Origin: Octopus vulgaris
Lineage: Eukaryota
NCBI GenBank assembly: GCA_951406725.2
Contig: OX597815.1
Coordinates: 3,472,001 to 3,536,000 of the forward strand
Length of the DNA: 64,000 nt
Direction: 5' to 3'
The position numbers were made by a program, and so were the translations under genes. The number at the start of each line of letters is the position of its first letter. The stretch's first letter is position 1. The notes beneath the pieces are model-generated. The model searched no databases and had not been told where the DNA came from. It saw only the letters and a list, made by a program, of their open reading frames with translations. This document shows positions 24,558 through 39,240 of the stretch, piece by piece.

Positions 24558-24930
24558 AAAAACAGAAGATTGCCACAAAATACCTAATAAACAAAAGAGA
24601 TAGAGATGTCCCTGGAGCTCCAGGATTCACGTGAAAATGTAGATTGTCATATTTCTGTGGAAGATATCACACATATGATTAGCAGCTAGCCAAAAATGTC
24701 ATCAAGGAATTACGTGCCTATGCGACATGACGTTGTCGCAAAAACAATATACAATGCCATTCGGGAACAAAAAACTGTCCTGGAATAAATACAGAGGATC
24801 TGCCTATCATTGAAGACACACATAAACATGAACACAAGGAATACTAGAGGAAGATTCCCATCAAAACATCTGTGAAGTGTAAACATAACGGGTCGGATAT
24901 TGTTTTGTGGGGCAGACAAGAAAAAGTATG
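24558..24930 (+). pseudogene. R4/Dong-like LINE internal fragment (zinc finger/RLE start)
   Basis: IATKYLINKRDRD..KCRL..VEDITHMISS*PKMSSRNYVPMRHDVVAKTIYNAI..IPIKTSVKCKHNGSDIVLW. Confidence 0.85.
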
Positions 24931-25679
24931 GAGTGTCATGGCCAGCAGGACTAAGATCAAATTATCCAAGAAATTACCCTCGTTTCTTATTCTTGTGATG
25001 TATCGTAACTAAAACATCTTCCAGTACATCATAACATTATAGATTTTTTTAGTAAAGAGCAATTTAGCCACTATTTCTAGCTGGTGGAGTGACCATGAAG
25101 GAGCTTCTTCGTTTATATCGATACTTAATCGCAGTCTGCTTCTCCATTCAACATATCTAAGATGAAAGTAGTGTTAGGAAGGATCATCTTATCCTTGGCA
25201 TATCTAAATGCTGTGGATGGTGATTTGAGGAGGAATTGGCTATTATTTCTAGAAGAACAAGTGACCAATCGAAACAGCGTTCCGATTTCACTTCTCGTGG
25301 GTGGCCGTACTTTTGGATGCTGACCTAAACATCGTTTCCCTTCTTTTTATAAGACTCTGAAAAGTCACAAGTCTTACATCCATCAAAGTCACAAATATGG
25401 TTGACGTTGCTATTGCTGTTGTTGCATCTGCCGATGTTGCTAATGCTGGTGGTGGTGGCGGTGGTGGTGGTGGTGATGGTAATGGTGGTGGTGGTGGTGG
25501 TGGTGGAGCTGCTGCTGCTGCTGTTGTTGCTGTTGTTGACCTAATCGTGGGGTCTTTTCACCTTATTTTCTATTTCCGCTCCGAACTTTCTCTAATCCCT
25601 TATCTCCTTCCATGTCTCTTTCTCGTCTTTTCTCATCGCGTAGCATCCCACTCCCCATCTTTAACAACGTTGTCGTCGA

Positions 25680-25767
25680 CGTCATCATTATCATCATCAT
25701 CATCATCATCACCATCACCATCATCATCATCATCACCACCATCATCATCATCATCATCATCATCACC

Positions 25768-25822
<55 letters not shown>

Positions 25823-26183
25823 CCACCATCATCATCATCATCATCATCATCATCATTATCACCATCATAACCGTCACCATCATCATCATCATCATCATCA
25901 TCACCATCATCATCATCACCATCACCATCATCATCATCATTACCATCACCATCATCATCATCGTCGTCATCATCTCTTTTCCTTGTTCCTACACTATATA
26001 ATATCACATCAAATGCTAAAAATATATCTAATCATGAAAACAAACATGGTGCGTAGGTACAGTCGACCCTCCACCCACCCACCCAATCCCTATCCACAGT
26101 CGCTGTGGTCCCTTGCTGGTCTTTCTTCTTTGAATCTGTTTTGTTCTCTTCTTACATCGCTGAAAGTCGATAGTCAGAAAGTA

Positions 26184-26215
<32 letters not shown>

Positions 26216-26332
26216 AGAGGGAGTGAGAGGGGGGAGAGAAAGAGAAATAGAAAGGGACGTTGACCGACTTTAAAACTATCTTAAACTCAAGTTATGTATC
26301 TATCTACCTCTCTCTCTCTCTCTCTCTCTCTG

Positions 26333-26366
<34 letters not shown>

Positions 26367-26414
26367 AATTTATCAATCTATCTCTCTGTTTGTCTATCTA
26401 TCTATCCCTCTCTT

Positions 26415-26480
<66 letters not shown>

Positions 26481-26492
26481 CATGTCTATCTA

Positions 26493-26536
<44 letters not shown>

Positions 26537-26610
26537 AATTTATCAATCTATCTCTCTGTTTGTCTATCTATCTACCTACATTTCTTTCTTTCTATCTTTC
26601 TTTCTTTCTT
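25680..26610. repeat. (CAT)n, (GA)n and (TATC)n arrays
   Basis: Direct reading. Confidence 0.9.
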
Positions 26611-26933
26611 CCTTTCTTCCATTCACCTTACTCTTTTCTCATATTGAATCCTCATTCGGTCCATTTCAACATTCACTCTCTTTTCTATCTTTCTCACTTC
26701 CGCTCACTCTCCTCGCTCGCTTCTCTCCCCTTCTCCCCCCACCCTCTATGTCAGTTCAATGTGAGGTTCGAAGTAAAAAGATACGGAGTAAACCTCAAGG
26801 AAAACATAAGACGGGAGCAGGACAGGGCAGGGGATGAGCTTTGGATAAAAACAAACGCATAAGATGCAATTGGCCACTGTTTGGATAGCCTCACACACAC
26901 ACACAACACGAAATTCTCCCTCATTCCTTTCCT

Positions 26934-26999
<66 letters not shown>

Positions 27000-27162
27000 G
27001 TACCAAGAGAGATGCAGAGATTTGCTTCCGATAGTTTATCTTTCGGCATTAACCATTCCTACAATGTCATCTCTGGTTTTAGACACCAATGTCAATAAAC
27101 AAATAAACAAATAAATAAATTTGATTTCTTTAAAATAAAATCCAGGAAAAAAAACAATATGA

Positions 27163-27267
<105 letters not shown>

Positions 27268-27403
27268 AAGAAGAAGAAGAAGAAGAAGAAGAAGAATGAT
27301 AATATAATGACCAAAAATATAGTAAAAAAAAAAGAAGGAAATTAGAAGATGGTATTCCTCTTCGATCATATTCCTTCTCCCACGACTGCAGTACTGACCT
27401 AAT

Positions 27404-27435
<32 letters not shown>

Positions 27436-27452
27436 TGGGTGTATGTGTGTGT

Positions 27453-28075
27453 GTGGAGAAGCGTGGCTTAGTGGTTACGGTATTCAGCTCACCGTTGTAA
27501 TGTTGTGGGTTCGACTCCCGGCGGCGCCGTTGTGTCCCTGAGCAAGACGCTTTATTACACATTATTACTCCGGTTCACTCAACCAGCAAAAATTAGGCTG
27601 TACCTGTATTTCAAAAGGGGGCCAGCTTTGTCCCCTTTTGTGTAATGTTTAAATCTCCCTGGCAGCTATTTTAAGGGTTACGCGTGTCTATAGAATGCTC
27701 AGTCATTTTACGGTTCATTTTACGGACGGGTAGTTCCATTGATTGTATCAAACGGAACACTCCTCGTTGGAACCCAGTGGTCCCCAAACGTTTTTAGGCT
27801 ACCGCCCCATGGGTTCTAAGGCCACATTCCTAGTGCCCCTACCTACTACAGACAAAGGCCATTTTCTGCAGCAAACTCAAAACATCAGTATTTCACAATT
27901 AAGACTTAAACTTAATTAACCCTTCATTTTGTTTGTTTGTTTTTTAAATCCATTGCACCGTTTTGGTCACCCCATTATCGCCCCATTTTACTTCATAGAC
28001 CCCTGGATCTTTCCATTGCCCCAGGGGGCGCTACTCCCCTCTTTCGGAACCAATGTTGTAACCGACGGAGTGCCA
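27453..28075 (+). mobile_element. tRNA-derived SINE (head H1 + tail Y) interrupted by a hAT MITE
   Basis: TGGCTTAGTGG A-box, GGTTCGACTCC B-box; homologous to 51495-51823. Confidence 0.85.
27775..28055. mobile_element. hAT (Charlie-like) MITE
   Basis: TIRs CAGTGGTCCCCAAA / TTTCGGAACCAATG; 8-bp TSD TTGGAACC (27767-27774) / TTGTAACC (28056-28063). Confidence 0.85.
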
Positions 28076-28309
28076 GTGCGTGTGTGTGTGTGGTGGTGGG
28101 GGTGGGGGTGCGTATAACTGTTTAATGTTGTGTGTCTGAGAAAAGGATTACGCGATGTCATAGTAAATATTAATGGTGTTTAGACTTTGACCCAGTCAGT
28201 CTCAGGATACACCGGGTCCGACTTGTAACAGGCAAGTTACAACTGAAACGAGTCATCCTAACCTGAAGACTTTGGCGAAAGTCATAGAAACAACAACCGA
28301 CTGACTCAC

Positions 28310-28545
28310 ACAGTTAGGGTGCTGCACTCACGATGTAGCGATCGTAGTTTCAATTCCTAGACCGGGTGGTACATTGCGTTCTTGAGTAAAACACTTCATC
28401 ACAAGACGTTTTGCGATCACTTTGACACCTGACGTGTGGCACACCTGTGCACCACCTGTTCGGGCAACGTCGATTTGATGGAGGGAGGGAGCTAATGTGC
28501 GGCGCGGACATTTGATTGCTATAAATAAATCATTTGTGCAGGACA
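28310..28545 (+). mobile_element. Degenerate tRNA-derived SINE (H1-like head, different tail)
   Basis: GTTAGGGTG..CACGAT..GTTTCAATTCC..GTTCTTGAGTAAAACACTTCAT as in the 7016 copy. Confidence 0.65.
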
Positions 28546-28614
28546 TTTAGCAAAAAGATAAATAACATTGATACATCGTCTTCGACAGGTGACTCCATCA
28601 TGTGTATATGATGA

Positions 28615-28716
<102 letters not shown>

Positions 28717-28847
28717 TGTATGTATGTATGTATGTATGTATATATATATATACATGCATATATATACATATATATATTTGTATGTATGTATACATATATA
28801 TGTATATATATACATATATATACACATATATATACACATATATATAT

Positions 28848-28909
<62 letters not shown>

Positions 28910-29017
28910 ATATACATATATATATAGAGAGAGATGACGGTTTATCTCAGGCCATGCTGGGGTACCACCTTGAAGAATGTTTAGCTGAACAAATCGACCC
29001 CAGTACCAGTACTCATT

Positions 29018-29064
<47 letters not shown>

Positions 29065-29065
<1 letters not shown>

Positions 29066-29245
29066 AGGGCATTTCTATACATAAAGGCCAGACGCTAGGC
29101 GGGAGTCTTAAAGTCAAAACTACCAAAACAAATAGTAGTTTGGCTTTACAAGTCCCTCCTAGCGTGTGGCATTTATCTATAGCAATGCCCTCTATATAAT
29201 ATAAATAAATATGTTTAAGAGAAAAATTGGTGGATTTTTCTCTTA
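29065..29245. other. Long imperfect inverted repeat (about 58-bp arms) plus a perfect 12-bp hairpin
   Basis: 29065-29123 pairs with 29135-29192; TAAGAGAAAAAT-tggtgg-ATTTTTCTCTTA at 29216-29245. Confidence 0.9.
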
Positions 29246-29679
29246 TGAGGTTTTTCACGCTAACTACTTGATAAATTCTTTATAGATATAGATATAGATT
29301 TTATCCTATTTTTAAATTGTGTGTGTATATATATATAAATGTGTATGTGTGTGTGTGTATGTGTATATATATCTCATTTTATGTATAATTACGTAATTCA
29401 AAAATAGCACCAGGGTGTTGTGATCGGTATGTCCGAGTGTGTAGATAGAGAAAGAGAGAGAGAGAGGCAGATAGAGTGAGGGGCAGAGAGAGGAAGAGGA
29501 AGAGAGAGAGAGATAGGAGAGCGACCGATAGTTCGATTCCATTCGCCCATTCCACCCGTTCTTAACAGAACTCTTTATCCCTATCTAGACTCCTCAATTT
29601 ATTTGCTCTTCTATGACATGATCGGTTTTAGCAATTTCTCCCTTACCATTTCTAACATCGCTGCATTCCTGTTACAGTT

Positions 29680-29680
29680 C

Positions 29681-29745
<65 letters not shown>

Positions 29746-29867
29746 TTTCTCTCTCTCTTTCTCTCTCTCTCTTTCTCTCTTTCTCTCTCTCTCTTTCTCT
29801 CTCTCTCTTTCTCTCTCTCTCTTTCTCTCTTTCTCCCTCTTTCTCTCTCTCTTTCTCTCTCTCCCTC

Positions 29868-29900
<33 letters not shown>

Positions 29901-29905
29901 TTCTC

Positions 29906-29953
<48 letters not shown>

Positions 29954-29990
29954 CCTCTCACACACACACACACACACACACTCTCTCTCT
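29680..29990. repeat. (CT)n/(CTTT) polypyrimidine array + (CA)n
   Basis: Direct reading. Confidence 0.95.
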
Positions 29991-30889
29991 TCCTCCATCT
30001 ACAACTTCTGTATCTTCAATATATCTCCCTTTCTGCACAGCTTGTTCGCCATCTTTCGAAATCCAGGGGTTTTCCCCGAAGAAAGCTCCGTCATTAGGCA
30101 GCCATATTGGTTTTGAAGCGAAGGTAATGCTTTGCCCGGCTGAAATCTCAGGGGAGACAACCTTTCATTCAGTTTAAACAGCAAACAGAGAGATTGGTAG
30201 AGGGCGCGCGCGTAAAGAAACGACATAAAACAAACGAAAAGAAGAAATTGTATGTAATCGATGATAAATAAAAATGAAAATAAAACAATTACCAAGAACA
30301 TATATATAAGGAAAAAGAGCGGAGAAAGTCTGTTGGAGATATTTAGAGAGAAAGAGAGAAAGGGAAATGGTGTGTGTTTGTGAGAAAGAGAGAGAAAGGC
30401 AGTGAAGGGGAGGGGGGCAAACAGTGATAAAGAATAAATATATAAATCGTAAAAATAACACCGAGAGAGAAGTTTATTGATTAATTGCAGGAATCGTCTC
30501 AGACTTCTCGAGGGACCGGTGGTAATTTTCACTCAAATTAAGACCATTTTTACATTAGTGTAGGATAATAGACGAAGAGAGCAAAATGCATTAATATTTT
30601 TAATCCAAACACGGGTTCGGACGAGAGTCTCAACGGAAAACGAGGGAGAATGTTCGAGACGACCATGTTAATCCTTTCGCTTCCCTAAGATCTAGAGCAA
30701 TGCTGTTTGTTGTAAACAAATGTACCCCGACACACACACACAACTTTGGGAATCGAACCAGCAACGAAGTCTGTGCGTGATCGCTTGACCTGATACCGTT
30801 CTTAATCATCAGCACCACAAACACCATCATCAACGCCATCAATCCCTGGATATGATTGTTCTGCCTCCTATGGTTTATTGGGTCGCTAC

Positions 30890-31107
30890 TCGATATCCAT
30901 AGCGTATAATCGGCTGACACCCCGACATCTTCCTCGGGTGAAACGCCAGTCCGTTGCATGCTTACTCCTTTACAAATGTGCATTGCAGCAACGTGGAATG
31001 AAGTGTATTGCTCAAGAACACAATGAACCGCTCCCTAACCCTAACACGAAACGACGATATTACGATCTTGGGTGAAACAAGTTAACCACGAGGCCACGCA
31101 CTTCCAC
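30890..31107 (-). mobile_element. Degenerate tRNA-derived SINE (H1-like head, X-like tail)
   Basis: Reverse complement GTGGAAGTGCGTGGCCTCGTGGTTAA...GTGTTCTTGAGCAATACACTTCAT...GCAACGGACTGGCG. Confidence 0.7.
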
Positions 31108-31319
31108 TTGAAACCGTACGCTGCTGCAATAAATATAAAATACAATGGCTAATACAGTCCGAGGGACGATGCCGATGGATGAATTAAACCGGATGGTCAT
31201 GAAAGGGTTAGTCCATGATTATGATCAAGATCAAGTTGGAGGAGCGGAACAATCAACAACAACAATAACAGCCACAATAGCATCAAAACAACGACCATGG
31301 GTGGGTACGGTGACGACCT

Positions 31320-31560
31320 TGAATATGCAACCAGCAGTATCCGCTGCTGGTTGCATATTCTTAACATTTTGTACACTCCATCTGCCAACATTACAAGTAT
31401 GTTGTAACTCTGAGCCCCCAGAAACAGCTGTCGGACCTGAAATACCACGCTCTCTCTCCCCTTAGTTTTCTGTATCTTTTGTACTCCATGTAAATTTGCT
31501 CTGTAAACATATAAATATCTCTATGCTTATATATGAATGTTCATCTGAATATTTTCAGTT
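31320..31560 (+). mobile_element. Penelope-like pLTR remnant with a 17-bp hairpin and a broken hammerhead
   Basis: Perfect inverted repeat 31321-31360; TCTGA-GCCCCCA-GAAACAGCTGTC-GGA at 31409-31435; adjoins (CT)/(TA) arrays. Confidence 0.5.
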
Positions 31561-31568
31561 TTTGCTTC

Positions 31569-31569
<1 letters not shown>

Positions 31570-31658
<89 letters not shown>

Positions 31659-31752
31659 CACGCACACACATATATATGTATGTATATATATATATATTCC
31701 TATATATATATCCTAATATATATATATATATATATATATTATATAATATATA

Positions 31753-31796
<44 letters not shown>

Positions 31797-31834
31797 TATA
31801 TAATATATATATATACATATATACATACATACAT

Positions 31835-31901
<67 letters not shown>

Positions 31902-31908
31902 TATACAT

Positions 31909-31986
<78 letters not shown>

Positions 31987-32025
31987 TATATACATATATA
32001 TATACATACATACATACACACACAC

Positions 32026-32059
<34 letters not shown>

Positions 32060-32060
32060 A
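31570..32060. repeat. (CT)n/(TA)n/(CA)n array
   Basis: Direct reading. Confidence 0.95.
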
Positions 32061-32757
32061 TAAAGTAAACGAAAACCACGAAGGAGTCGCTAAGACAGTT
32101 CCGAGCAGAGTTAAATTATAATTCACATATGTATTCTTTCATAGAGAGACCCCTTAATTTTTGTTTCTATTTCACCATCACCACCTTCACACGATAACAT
32201 TCTTCTACATAACTCTAAAAAAAATTCTCAACCGCCATTTTAGACATAAACATCATTTTCTAGATTTCCCGCCATAGTTTCCTCTTCTTTTTTTTGTATA
32301 TCTTTTTTAATTGTTCTTTATGTTCCCTCTTATTATATCTAGGATCAATGTTTGCAATGTAAACACACAAACTCTTTTAAACTATTCGTCTTTACATTAA
32401 CACAAAATAAAAACAGAGGTAAACTCAATCACTTCGCCAGTTTGCCTGCATCTTCATATTTCTCTGCATCTGCATATGTATGTATTTTTGTTTGTTTTTC
32501 TTTTCTTTTCTGCATTTTATTACCATTTTTGGTAGTATAACCTTTATCCATTTATTCTTAAATTTCCAAATTATTGTTGTTTGTTTCATTTTGTGTTTTT
32601 CTTGCCTTATCTAATCGTTCGTTATAAGTAGACGCGAGAAGTGTCTTCAAAGCGAAGCTGTTCTGACGTTCTTCACATTCAAGTGTTCTAGTCGGTTGCC
32701 GCCTGTTGTAACCGCTGTTGGTGGTGGTGGTGGTGGTGGTGGTGGTGGTGGTGGTGG

Positions 32758-32788
<31 letters not shown>

Positions 32789-33204
32789 GGTGGTGGTGGT
32801 GGTGATGGTGGGATGCATGACGTATTAATCGATGTTTTAATTTTTATAAAGAAGAAGATAAAACAAACCCTAATTAAGCAATAAACAACAACAATCTTAA
32901 ATGGATTGAGGGTGAAAGAAAAATAATGGTTCATGTTGATATCAAGGAGCAAAATAAAACTAGTAGTAGTAGTAGTAGTAGTAGTAGCATTGTTGCTGTT
33001 GTCGTTGTTGTATGTATGTATGTATATGCACACACGTATAAGTGGACGATGGCTTACCTCACCGAAACTTCGAAGTCACTGTCAGTAATATTCCGGTTCA
33101 AACATATTAAACCTGTACTCTATGGAGTACTCCCATCAAATTTATATAAAATTATTTTTATCATAGCTGAACATAAAAAACACAAACACTAATATATACA
33201 TACA

Positions 33205-33322
33205 TATATATTATAACATACATACATACACACATACATACATACATGCATGCATACATAGATACATTAATACATACATACATACATACATGCATAAATA
33301 CATACATACATACATACATACA

Positions 33323-33353
<31 letters not shown>

Positions 33354-33905
33354 GTACATACATACATGCATAGATACATACACACATTCATACATACATG
33401 CATGCATACATGCATACATACATACATACATACATACATACATACACACATTCATACATACATACATACATACATACATACATACATACATACATACATG
33501 CATGCATGCATACATACATACATACATACATACATACATGCATGCATACATACATACATACATACATACATACATACATACATACCTACATACATACATA
33601 CATACATACATACATACACACATACATACATACATACATACATACATACATACATACACACATACATACACACATACATACACACATACATACATACATA
33701 CATACATACATACATACATACATACCTACATACATACATACATACATACATACACACATACATACATACATACATACATACATACACACATACATACACA
33801 CATACATACACACATACATACATACATACATACATACATACATACATACATACATACATACATACATACATAGATGGATGAATGGATGGATGGATGGATG
33901 GATGT
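33205..33905. repeat. (TACA)n array
   Basis: Direct reading. Confidence 0.97.
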
Positions 33906-34006
33906 GATTTTTATTGTTGGTCTTATAATCCGGTAGCCACATTTGTGTAACACAATAATAACTGTATATCTATCAACCTACCTAATTACACGCGTATTTG
34001 TCTATG

Positions 34007-34038
<32 letters not shown>

Positions 34039-34159
34039 TGTATGTATGTATGTATGTATACATCCGCGTACACGAAAATGTAGATACTGACACACAAACA
34101 ATCTCTTTGAAATGATAAGATGTAAAACTCGTCATGATTATCGGATCAAAGAAGTCGGT

Positions 34160-34525
34160 CTATCTTAATGAGGAGGTAAGTCGAAAAATATAATGAGATG
34201 GGTCTAATTCTACAAGTATAAATTGATAGATAAATCTAACTTTATAATGAGATAGGTCTAACTAATATAATGAGACTTGGCTAACTTTATGAAGAGACAA
34301 GACTAACTATATAATGAGATAAGTCTGGAAATATAATGAGTTAGGTCTAACTTTATAAGCGCTAACTGATATAATTACATAGGTCTAACTTTATAATGAG
34401 ACCAGACTACCTTTTTAATGAGACAAGACTAACTTGAGAATGAGACAGAATCTAACTTCATAATGAGAGAGCGTCTAACTTCATAAAGCAATGGATGTAA
34501 ATCTTCAATTGGACAGGTCTAAGTT
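34160..34525. repeat. Degenerate ~22-bp minisatellite, consensus about TAACTTTATAATGAGATAGGTC
   Basis: More than 10 recurrences of (T)AATGAG...CTAACT at about 22-bp spacing. Confidence 0.85.
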
Positions 34526-34777
34526 GAACCCCGGGGTCAATGTAACGGACTTCCATCATCCCCCACAATTCCTGGTTTGGTTATTATCTAATTCTGTCTA
34601 ATATATATATATATATATATACATGCTAATACAAGACCCACATTAGACCCCTCACTCGTATCATTATCGAACCAAGACTTTAACTAAGGTATGTCCATAG
34701 CATTTACTTGGCGTTACCTGATACTCTTTGGGTCTTCTAGATACCAATACTTCTCTTATGTATATATATATATTGTT

Positions 34778-34990
34778 CCAGCATGGCCGCAGCCAAATGA
34801 CTGAGACAAGTAAAAGAATATATATGTATACGACGGGCTTCTTTCAGTTTCCGTCTATGAAATCCACTCACAACGCTTTGGTCGGCCCGAGGCTATAGTA
34901 GAAGACACTTGTCCAAATTTTGGCACAATGCGACTGAACTCGGAACCATGTGGTTGGGAAGCAAGCTTCTTACCACACAGCCACACGAGC
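34778..34990 (-). mobile_element. SINE family C, 5' part on the minus strand, abutting a plus-strand tail fragment
   Basis: CGACGGGCTTCTTTCAGTTTCCGTC...CTTACCACACAGCCAC; CCAGCATGGCCGCAGCC..TGACTGAGACAAGTAAAAG. Confidence 0.85.
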
Positions 34991-35173
34991 CCCAAAAAGG
35001 GGACATTAATAAAGTCGTTGTTGTTGTTGTATGTTGTTCGTGAAAGTTTTAAGTTGGCGAATTGTAAAGGTAAACATTGAAGAACAAACACAAAACGTAT
35101 TTGGCAAGGACAGCACTTGCTGGCAGGACTAAATGGATATCACCACCACCACCGCCGCCGCCACCGCCAACAG

Positions 35174-35222
<49 letters not shown>

Positions 35223-35277
35223 GTTAGTGTTATTATTATTATTATTGTTATTGTTATTATTATTATCATCATCATCA

Positions 35278-35427
<150 letters not shown>

Positions 35428-35442
35428 CACTACTTCTAATAA

Positions 35443-35636
35443 TGATTTCAAATTTTAGCACAAGGCCAGCAAGATCGGGGAAGCGGGTTGCCGATTACAG
35501 CTGGTACTTATTTTATCGACCCTAAAGGATGAAATGCAGAGTCGACCTCAGCGGGATTTGAACTCAGAACGTAAGGCCGGATGAAATGCCGCTAAGCATT
35601 TTTGTCCGGCGTGCTAACGACTCTGCCATTTCGCCT
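35443..35636 (-). mobile_element. SINE family M
   Basis: GGTACTTATTTTATCGACCCTAAAGGATGAAA..GTCGACCTC..TTTGAACTCAGAACGTAA. Confidence 0.85.
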
Positions 35637-36223
35637 AATAATACAATTAATGCCTTCAATGCTGCTACAACTATCACCATGGCAACTGACGACACAACGA
35701 CCACCACCATCACTGCTGTCATCATCATCATCATCATCATCCCTATCTACAATATATTTGTCATTCATCCTGACCATGATCTTAATCGCTGTTCTCACCT
35801 CCACCATCCCATCATCCCAGATCCTCCTGTCCCAAGCACCACCACCACCACCGCCACCACCAGCGCCACCACCATCCCACGACATGACAGAGCCCCTGCA
35901 GGGATGCTCTACCAGCCAGAAACACCAGTCAAATCCTCCTGCTGCCATATTCTACCTTCTTACAAAAGAAGGTAACAAGAACATTAGATATTGTAGCTGT
36001 AGATGCATTCTGTGAACATTTACAGGATGGCCACGAGTGGAACCCCTTTGATTTTAAGTCCCCACAATCGGGGTTGATATTATTTGTCTAACCAACAACA
36101 ACAACAGCAAGACTTTCGTCGCCATTATTACGTGACTGCTGCCATGACAATCAGTCTTGACACTCGACCCTCGTCGTCTAGCAGATGTATCGTCATTTCT
36201 ATAACCCCATCATCATCATCACC

Positions 36224-36277
<54 letters not shown>

Positions 36278-36949
36278 GTCGTCATCATCATCATCATCAT
36301 CATCACCACTGCCAGTGCCACTTTTCCCATCATTCTCCCACGTCACATCAACGTCGCTACCACCGTTACTACCACCATCGCCATCGAGAACTCTCACAAT
36401 CATCGCCTCCACCACCACCACCACCTCCACCATCACTGCTACTACTACTACCAACACCACCACCATCATCACTACTACCACCACCACCACCACCACCACC
36501 ATAATTATCTTCAGCAAAAACAGCAACACCACCACTATCACCATCACCACCACCACCACCTCCACAACTACTACCACCACAACCATTTCCGACACTAATA
36601 CCATCACCACCACCACACCCACCACCATTACAACCACCCCCAATCTTCTCTCTTGGGTCTCCCACCGTTGGCTATTGACTATGTCGCCTTAAAACAAAAC
36701 AAAAAACAAAAAACACAACAAAACGCATTTCTCAGCAAACAAACCCCTTTTTTTTATTTACTTTCAACCTCAAATGTGTGTGTGGATCCTCTCCTTCAGA
36801 AACAGACCCCTTATTTGAAACTTATTATACGCCATCGTTTGGCTGTGGCTGTCGCCCGTCTCTTGTTGGACTGACAGCTGCAACCACCACCACCCCTCAC
36901 AATATGTAGGGGTATAGCTTCTCAGTAGGTATCTGTGTGTTTGTTAAAC

Positions 36950-36980
<31 letters not shown>

Positions 36981-37092
36981 TACATACATATGTATACGTG
37001 TATGTACGTGTGTGTGTGTGTGTGTGTGTGTGTGCCAGTGTATCTGTGTGTGCCTGTGTGAATATATATATATGTATATATATATATATCTG

Positions 37093-37151
<59 letters not shown>

Positions 37152-37169
37152 ACATATATATAGTTAGTC

Positions 37170-37296
37170 CAAACATGAAAACACAACAACGCGAGGACGT
37201 GGAACAAGTATAGTATTATTGGACGCTCTGGAAAGGAAAGAAAGAAGGATTCAACGTTTCGAGCGGAGCTCTTCGTCAAAAACATGGGAAAAGGAT
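37170..37296 (-). mobile_element. Penelope-like pLTR fragment (same family as 53395-53595) with a C3U-mutated hammerhead
   Basis: Near-identical to about 53415-53530; core reads UUGACGA. Confidence 0.75.
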
Positions 37297-37611
37297 GTGA
37301 GGCCGATATAGTGTAAGTGTGTCTTGCAGACTTAGTGAAGATATTTAGCAGGACGAGCGACCCCGCAGAGGTCGTCTGGCTGGTTCACTTTAAATATGCC
37401 TTTACCGGTGGTTAGGTCCACCGTGGTAACACGATCTAGGTGCAGACGCAGCCAAGGTGAGGGGATCATTCTGACTGGTCAAAAACAAAGAGGAAAAAAA
37501 CAAACAAAAAGAATTGCAATAATGGCGAGCTGTGATTGGACGGAGACATTTTGTATGTCACAAAAGATGTGATGTGACGAGAAACGACCGGGACACCCAA
37601 CCTGATGACCA

Positions 37612-39240
<1,629 letters not shown>

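Noticed and set aside
31145-31465. 106-aa non-repetitive ORF
   Set aside because: It overlaps an ancient repeat fragment and a PLE-like remnant, and has no recognisable domain
34160-34525. CRISPR-like regular repeats
   Set aside because: Contiguous degenerate tandem units without unique spacers, in a eukaryotic context with no cas genes
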